IMG/VR virus record: IMGVR_UViG_3300045988_025144
Location: 1 to 39,568 of that record
Strand: one strand, 5' to 3'
Length of the DNA stretch: 39,568 nucleotides
Source of the DNA: a virus
Positions 34,431-39,568 of the stretch are shown piece after piece (positions within the stretch are counted from its first letter, which is position 1; every line of letters starts with the position of its first letter). The notes below the pieces were generated by a model. That model did no database searches. It was given only the letters and a program-made list of their open reading frames with translations, and was not told the origin of the DNA. Made by a program: the position numbers and the translations under genes.

Positions 34431-34797
34431 ACTACTGGATGAATACCAGGTCACGCTCTATCTCTTCCCAGAAACCATGTGGGAGCGTAGAGGCTTCTAT
34501 TTCCCTGATGAGCGCATCATTTACGTTAACGGCAATCTTACCCAGGAAGAGCGCGAAGAGGTCATTCTGCACGAATTAGGGCACATAAACCACAATCCAG
34601 CACATTACAAGCGACTGCTATATAAATACGAAAACGAAGCAGACCGCTTCATGGTACGACATTTGATCTCGGAAGAACTAACCCAATACGAAGCATCCGA
34701 ATTTAACTGGCTTCAATTTGCTGAAAGACACAAAATTTCAACAACCTGGGGGGAAGATATGATTCAGGAAGAATTTAAAAAAATAGTAGGAGTGTAA
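34417..34797 (+). CDS. ImmA/IrrE-family zinc metalloprotease (anti-repressor protease)
   Basis: It has the HEXXH motif ILHELGHINH and overlaps the repressor gene by 14 nt. Confidence 0.8.
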   Translation: MKINELLDEYQVTLYLFPETMWERRGFYFPDERIIYVNGNLTQEEREEVILHELGHINHNPAHYKRLLYKYENEADRFMVRHLISEELTQYEASEFNWLQFAERHKISTTWGEDMIQEEFKKIVGV

Positions 34798-34798
34798 A

Positions 34799-35464
34799 AT
34801 GGAAATATTAAAGAATATTTTGTCGTTAATTGTTTTAGTCTCAGCAGCTGGGATTTGGTATTTTATTAAAAAACGCCCAAACACCAAATATAGAAATATT
34901 TCAATTGCTGTTCTGATAAGCTGTGTTTTTATCATTGGGATTTTCTTCAAAGAAAATAAAACAAAAACTGAAAGTACAAAACTAGCTACAACACAAGTTG
35001 CCTCGTCATCTTCGTCTGAGAGTTCGGAGAGTACGGAAAGCTCAAAAGAAGATAAAGTTAGCGAATCCAAAAGTAAAGCAAGTTCAGCTAAAGAAATAAA
35101 AAATGATGGTCCTGAATATACAGAAGAATCTAACACACAATTCGCTAACCATTTAACTACTGAAATCAATAATCAGTTAGCAGAGTCTGGTCATCAGGTT
35201 ATAACTAAACCAGTAGGCAAAAATGTCATTTACTTGTATCTTCCTCAAGAGGTCAAATATTACTCGAAAGTCGAGATCCAACAAATTGCTGACAAACTGT
35301 ACAAAATTAAAGAAAGCACTTTTAAAAATTGGGCAATAGAAAATGGCTATGATTTGAGTTTTGCTAACTCTCCTAATCTATATGTAAAAGCGGAAGATGA
35401 CACAACACTTGCAGAAGAAAGTGGTATCATCAACAAATCGATGAAAGTTAAAGTAAATAACTAA
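34799..35464 (+). CDS. Membrane-anchored lysogeny-module accessory protein (candidate superinfection exclusion)
   Basis: It has two N-terminal TM helices, a Ser/Glu-rich linker (SSSSSESSESTESSKEDKVSESKSKASS) and a C-terminal globular domain of about 120 aa. It lies between the repressor module and int. Confidence 0.6.
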   Translation: MEILKNILSLIVLVSAAGIWYFIKKRPNTKYRNISIAVLISCVFIIGIFFKENKTKTESTKLATTQVASSSSSESSESTESSKEDKVSESKSKASSAKEIKNDGPEYTEESNTQFANHLTTEINNQLAESGHQVITKPVGKNVIYLYLPQEVKYYSKVEIQQIADKLYKIKESTFKNWAIENGYDLSFANSPNLYVKAEDDTTLAEESGIINKSMKVKVNN

Positions 35465-35510
35465 ATAAAAAAATCCCCACACTCGTCATCGCCAAACGTT
35501 GAGTGTGAGG
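35464..35510 (-). terminator. Leftward-acting intrinsic terminator between the accessory gene and int
   Basis: On the minus strand, the hairpin CCTCACACTC...GAGTGTGGGG is followed by ATTTTTTTATTT. Confidence 0.5.
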
Positions 35511-35586
35511 ATATCCTGTATAAGAAACAACCATTCAAAAGGTCGTTTTCTTATACCCATTTTAACAAAATAAAGGGGAAAAATCA

Positions 35587-36735
35587 ATGTGGATGGAAGA
35601 ATTGCCAAATGGTAAATACAAATTTTTTGAAAGATACAAAGACCCATACACTGAAAAGTGGAAAAGAGTCTCGGTTACTCTTGATTCAGGTTCAGCAAGG
35701 GCCAAAAAAGAAGCACAAAAGCAGCTGGATGAGAAGATTGTAAAAAAAGAAGAAAAGATAAATTCATCTGACAGATTTTTTCAAGATGTGCTTGAAGAAT
35801 GGTGGTCTTTTTATAAAAAGACCGTAAAGCCTACTACCGTAAAGGCCCGCACCGCACCATACAATCGCATTAAAAGTGATTTTGCGATAGCTACTCCTAT
35901 CAGAAATGTAGATACGGCTTATATAAAAAAGTATATCATGACTTGCGACTTGACAAAGGCCCAACTCAAACACTTTAAAGATATCTTAAATGCAGTTTTT
36001 GACTATGCTCATGAAATAAAAATGGTGACCGAAAATCCCGCCCGCGCTACAAAAGTGCCTAAATCCACCGCTGATGAAGTTCAGGTAGCTATCAATCAAA
36101 AATTTTTAGAGCAAGAAGAGTTGACTAGACTTTTAAAAGAGCTTTATCGCTTGAAGAGGACATATCGTGCAGGCCTTTTAGCTGAGTTCATGTCTCTTAA
36201 TGGCTGCCGTATCGGTGAAGCTGTCGCACTTGAATTGAAAAATTACAGGAAAGATGAAGGGCTTCTGGATATTCATGGCACACTGGATAGTGTTGATAGA
36301 CATGCTGAAAAGACGTCTACCAAGACGGCTTCTGGCTTCCGTACGACACACCTTACAAAAAGAGAGATGGAAATCCTTGATGAAATCATAGCTATGAATG
36401 CCCTATCAGCTGAACTCAACCCTTCATGGTCTGAAAGTGACTACATCTTTTTAAGTAAAGAGGGTAAGCCGATACAAAGAAATGCTTTTAATGTCTCTCT
36501 TCAAAAAGCTAATGCCAGACTTAAAAAGCCAATCGAAAAACACTTATCAAGTCATATCTTTAGGCACACGCTTGTGAGCACCCTTGCAGAAAGCAATGTA
36601 CCTTTAAAAGCCATCATGGGCCGTGTTGGTCATAAAGATGCCAGGACGACAAGTCAGATCTATACACATGTAACAAAAAGCATGGAGCAAGCGGTGCTTG
36701 ATGCACTTGATACCGTCGCATTAAATCGAAAGTAA
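35587..36735 (+). CDS. int: Tyrosine integrase
   Basis: A 382-aa ORF with the catalytic-region motifs NGCRIGE, HIFRHT and GHKDARTTSQIYTHV. Confidence 0.95.
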   Translation: MWMEELPNGKYKFFERYKDPYTEKWKRVSVTLDSGSARAKKEAQKQLDEKIVKKEEKINSSDRFFQDVLEEWWSFYKKTVKPTTVKARTAPYNRIKSDFAIATPIRNVDTAYIKKYIMTCDLTKAQLKHFKDILNAVFDYAHEIKMVTENPARATKVPKSTADEVQVAINQKFLEQEELTRLLKELYRLKRTYRAGLLAEFMSLNGCRIGEAVALELKNYRKDEGLLDIHGTLDSVDRHAEKTSTKTASGFRTTHLTKREMEILDEIIAMNALSAELNPSWSESDYIFLSKEGKPIQRNAFNVSLQKANARLKKPIEKHLSSHIFRHTLVSTLAESNVPLKAIMGRVGHKDARTTSQIYTHVTKSMEQAVLDALDTVALNRK

Positions 36736-36742
36736 AAAGTTT

Positions 36743-36759
36743 TGCCCCTTTTTTGCCCC
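36743..36759 (+). repeat. C-rich direct repeat copy 1 (TGCCCCTTTTTTGCCCC)
   Basis: A perfect 17-bp repeat of 36959-36975. Both copies are preceded by AAAAGTTT. Confidence 0.9.
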
Positions 36760-36958
36760 CTGCTATAAAAAAAGACCTATCACACAAGCCATGAAGCTTG
36801 ATATGATAGGCTTTGAAATGTTAGATTAACGTACTGTACGGATACGCCGACGGTGTGATTCATAAACCATAATAAGACAAAACCCTTGTAAAATAAGGCT
36901 TAATGCATAGTTGACTACATATAATTTTTACCATAAAAATACAAAAGTTTACACCTTA

Positions 36959-36975
36959 TGCCCCTTTTTTGCCCC
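36959..36975 (+). repeat. C-rich direct repeat copy 2 (TGCCCCTTTTTTGCCCC)
   Basis: A perfect 17-bp repeat of 36743-36759. Confidence 0.9.
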
Positions 36976-36989
36976 TTTTCAAAGCAAAT

Positions 36990-37020
36990 AAAAAAACCGC
37001 AAGCCTGAGCCTGCGGTTTT
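36990..37020 (-). terminator. Intrinsic terminator of the lysis operon (weakly bidirectional)
   Basis: On the minus strand, the hairpin AACCGCAGGCTCAGGCTTGCGGTT is followed by TTTTTTTATTT. Confidence 0.8.
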
Positions 37021-37053
37021 AGTGTAATCTAATTTGAAAGTCCTTTCTGTTTT

Positions 37054-38058
37054 TTATTTAGTGGTAACAATTAGTCCATCAGGTAATACATTCAATGCTG
37101 GTTTGTCTGAACGGCTTCCATCTTCGTTGACGTAGTACCAGCCACCTTCAACTTTAACAAGTTCTTCTGAAGACATTGCTCCGTTCTCTTCTTTGAGATG
37201 GTATAGTTTGTCCTTGTATTGAACCCAGCCAGTGACCATTGCTCCTGAAGCATCAAGATAGTACCACTTACCATTCACAAGAACCCAACCAACGGCCATT
37301 GCGCCGTTTTCTTTGAGGTAGTACCATTTCCCATCATCCTTCAACCATCGAGAAGCTATTGAATAACCTCTCTCGTTGAAGTAGTACCAGGTACCATCAA
37401 TCTTTTCCCATTCTTCTTTTGGATAAGATCCGTCAGGGTATTCATACCACCATCCAGTATCATTTCTTTTCCATTTGGGCTTAGCTTCCTCGTCATCTAG
37501 TAAAACAATGTTCTTGTCATACGGATTTGAAGAGTACTGCCACCAGCGAATCCCGTCCATAGAGGGAAAATACTCAAAGTCTGCTTGACCGTCATTCAAG
37601 CCATATCCAGCAATCCATAAGCTATTAGGGAATTGTGCAAGAATCTGCTGATAGTCTACATTTTCAAGCGTGAATGGCTTGTAGCTGTAATAGATTGGCT
37701 CATAACCATTTTCTTTTAGGATTTCCATAAAGCGAATACAAGCATCTGTATTTGCCTGTTTATCTCCGCTAGCATGATCTTCGTAATCAAGACACAAGTA
37801 TTTTACTTTTTGAGGTACATTATCAAGGAAGTAACGTGCCTCTCGTTCAGCTTCTTCGATGTCACCTCCAAACCATGCGAAATGATAAAATCCAACAGGG
37901 GTTGATTGCTCAACTTGAGCAGGCAGGCAAGGGTTTAGGTAGTTTGTACTCTCTGAAACCTTTATGATTGTATTTTGTGTGCCCATATCAGCCAGAATAC
38001 CTGTAATATCGTATCCATTGTGGCTGGATACGTCGATGAATAAGTCGTTTTTCTTCAT
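37054..38058 (-). CDS. Endolysin: GH25 lysozyme plus choline-binding repeat domain (Cpl-1-like)
   Basis: The N-terminus MKKNDLFIDVSSHNGYDITGIL...IIKVSESTNYLNPCL...FYHFAWFGG...IRWWQYSSNPYDKNIVLLDDEE is almost colinear with Cpl-1 as I recall it. The C-terminus carries GW..xGKWYY choline-binding repeats. Confidence 0.9.
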   Translation of the reverse strand: MKKNDLFIDVSSHNGYDITGILADMGTQNTIIKVSESTNYLNPCLPAQVEQSTPVGFYHFAWFGGDIEEAEREARYFLDNVPQKVKYLCLDYEDHASGDKQANTDACIRFMEILKENGYEPIYYSYKPFTLENVDYQQILAQFPNSLWIAGYGLNDGQADFEYFPSMDGIRWWQYSSNPYDKNIVLLDDEEAKPKWKRNDTGWWYEYPDGSYPKEEWEKIDGTWYYFNERGYSIASRWLKDDGKWYYLKENGAMAVGWVLVNGKWYYLDASGAMVTGWVQYKDKLYHLKEENGAMSSEELVKVEGGWYYVNEDGSRSDKPALNVLPDGLIVTTK

Positions 38059-38067
38059 TGTCCTCTC

Positions 38068-38346
38068 CTAGTTTTGGACTGGCTCTTGATAGTCAAGAGC
38101 GCGTTTGCTGTCAGAAATTCCTGCAGTTGTTGGGTCTGGAATGATATTTAGGATATTTACAATCGTCAACCCCACAAGATAAGGGTTCGCAAAGAATTTG
38201 CCAAGCAAGTCTAAAATGACTCCCCAACTGACCAAATCTTCTAGTTTAAGATTGAAATATGCGAGAATCGGCAAAGCTAAAGCAAATGCCACTCGCAATA
38301 AAAATGTTTTGTTTTTTAAGTTAAAACGTACTTTCCAGTTAATCAT
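38068..38346 (-). CDS. Holin (small, 2 TM)
   Basis: A 92-aa ORF with two hydrophobic helices, immediately upstream of the lysin gene. Confidence 0.7.
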   Translation of the reverse strand: MINWKVRFNLKNKTFLLRVAFALALPILAYFNLKLEDLVSWGVILDLLGKFFANPYLVGLTIVNILNIIPDPTTAGISDSKRALDYQEPVQN

Positions 38347-38348
38347 GT

Positions 38349-38765
38349 TTATTCTCCTTTGTTTTTGTCGTCATCTTTTTCAAGTAATCGCTGAAATGCT
38401 TTTAAAATCGGCTGAAAAAGAGTAACGTTTCCTTTTAATTTTCGATAATTTTCAATAAGTGATTGAAATGTGAATGCGATGTATCCGAGATAAATCGAAT
38501 ACAAGAATGCGAAGCCTGTTTTTTCAGGTAAAAGCACGGACATCGGAATAAGGATCATCAGTAAGAGAACTCCTAAAATCTTGCGAAGGAGCCCATTGAT
38601 GCCGATTTTGCTCTTATACTCGATGTCAGGGTTTGCGATAGCAGCAATCGTTCCTGTCACAAAATCAATGATTTCCATTGAGACAATCAATGCCAGGGCG
38701 TACAATACCAATCCGTCTTCGGTCTGAACGACGCTTCGAAAAAAATTGAAAAATTCGATTTGCAT
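38349..38765 (-). CDS. Holin (Phage_holin_4-like, multi-TM)
   Basis: A 138-aa ORF with 3-4 TM segments and a charged C-terminus, located in the lysis cassette. Confidence 0.7.
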   Translation of the reverse strand: MQIEFFNFFRSVVQTEDGLVLYALALIVSMEIIDFVTGTIAAIANPDIEYKSKIGINGLLRKILGVLLLMILIPMSVLLPEKTGFAFLYSIYLGYIAFTFQSLIENYRKLKGNVTLFQPILKAFQRLLEKDDDKNKGE

Positions 38766-38774
38766 ATATCCTCC

Positions 38775-39362
38775 TTAATCGATTTTAGGCATGACAACAG
38801 TCAGTACACCTTGCTGCAGCATATCAGAGAGTGCTTGCTCCTTGTAGGTATAGCCTTCTGACTGTTGCATCTGGAATTTAAAGATAGTCAGCGTGCCCTT
38901 TGGCCATTTAGGATTTGTATCGAATGGATAAGGCATAGCTACGATGTCACCATTTGAGTAGCGACTGTCTTTTACAAGTGGCTTGATAAATGCTGCCACC
39001 TTAGAATAAGCATAAGTAGGCATACCACCGTTTTGAGAGATGGTTAAAGCAATCAAGACCTCAGTGATAGCTGAAACAGATTCAAGATACTCTTTATTTG
39101 CTGTCAAATCTTCCTTGGCCTTGTTAAGTTGCTCCTGAGCTTGCACGATTGCGCTAGACGGGTCAATTTCAGTCTTGACAATTTCTAATACTGCCTTGAT
39201 TAAAACATCGTCAGAATCTCCTGTGCGGTCTCCTGCCAGTTCACGCATGTTCGTACTGTATCGAGTCCCATCCTCTAAACGGATTTCAACTACTGTCCGA
39301 ATATTGTCTCCAAAACCTCGCGTATAAGGCTTGCTTGCTAGTTCATAATTGTTAATTGCCAT
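38775..39362 (-). CDS. Conserved streptococcal phage protein between the tail-fibre and holin genes (DUF1366-like?)
   Basis: A 195-aa ORF. The family name is tentative and recalled from memory. Confidence 0.5.
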   Translation of the reverse strand: MAINNYELASKPYTRGFGDNIRTVVEIRLEDGTRYSTNMRELAGDRTGDSDDVLIKAVLEIVKTEIDPSSAIVQAQEQLNKAKEDLTANKEYLESVSAITEVLIALTISQNGGMPTYAYSKVAAFIKPLVKDSRYSNGDIVAMPYPFDTNPKWPKGTLTIFKFQMQQSEGYTYKEQALSDMLQQGVLTVVMPKID

Positions 39363-39561
39363 TTGTCATTTTTCCTTTCACTTCTTCAAATTTTGCTTTG
39401 AGCTCTTCGTCTGATTCGATGATTCGTTTCATCTGCTCAAGTTCCATCGCAGTCACTGTATAGAGGGCTTCTAGAGTTGCTGATTGGGTAGCCTCATTAC
39501 TGACTCTCTCACCTAACGATTTGATTGTTAGGCTGCTGATTTGTTTGTCTTGTTCGTTCAT
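39352..39561 (-). CDS. Hypothetical coiled-coil protein
   Basis: A 69-aa ORF. Across the circular junction its ATG overlaps the tail-fibre stop codon as ATGA. Confidence 0.55.
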   Translation of the reverse strand: MNEQDKQISSLTIKSLGERVSNEATQSATLEALYTVTAMELEQMKRIIESDEELKAKFEEVKGKMTNGN

Positions 39562-39568
39562 GCTGTTT
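39533..39568. repeat. Terminal direct repeat copy B, identical to 1-36
   Basis: See copy A. Confidence 0.95.

Larger units (their letters stand above)
36736..37053. other. Non-coding region between int and the lysin gene; probable attP
   Basis: It contains no ORF longer than 27 codons. It lies adjacent to int and is rich in short palindromes (CGTACTGTACG, CCGACGG) and repeats. Confidence 0.55.

Noticed and set aside
34738-35169. A 143-aa minus-strand ORF antisense to the membrane-anchored accessory gene.
   Set aside because: It mirrors the Ser/Glu-rich linker, giving poly-Ser/Leu/Asp, and has no start context. The + strand ORF has a coherent TM-linker-domain architecture.

Overview
The window is one complete, circularly closed genome of about 39.5 kb from a temperate siphovirus. 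The first 36 bp are identical to the last 36 bp, and the tail-fibre stop codon overlaps the start of the next ORF across that junction. The host is probably a mitis-group Streptococcus (S. pneumoniae, S. mitis or S. oralis), because the endolysin is a Cpl-1-like GH25 lysozyme fused to choline-binding repeats. Gene order is classical. The lysogeny module is on the + strand at 34059-36735: an XRE-type repressor, an ImmA-like metalloprotease, a membrane-anchored accessory protein and a tyrosine integrase, followed by a probable attP region. Everything else is on the - strand: early and regulatory genes (33381-32065); a replication and recombination module (32060-19964) containing an SMC-like ATPase, a Sak4-like ATPase, a DUF669 protein, an SF2 helicase, two orphan DNA methyltransferases, a primase-helicase, RusA and others; a late activator; a tRNA-Trp; terS, terL, portal and MuF; the head, tail, tape measure, Dit and Tal genes; and holins plus lysin. 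No CRISPR array, transposon or rRNA is present. The most unusual feature is a self-contained promoter / structured leader / terminator cassette between the MuF and scaffold genes. It encodes a 45-aa hydrophobic peptide and a 70-aa protein, and it sits directly after a MuF protein carrying a 167-aa C-terminal extension. Other notable features: (a) a divergent tRNA-Trp(CCA) followed by its own intrinsic terminator immediately in front of terS; (b) a terS gene with no ATG/GTG/TTG start; (c) a 677-bp genetic-switch region with face-to-face duplicated promoters and an orphan ~280-nt transcription unit; (d) a possible tiny antisense RNA in the early operon; (e) duplicated C-rich motifs in the attP region; (f) an alternative-frame ORF nested in the C5-methyltransferase gene. 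All functional calls come from motif recognition by eye and recalled family knowledge. No database search was run.
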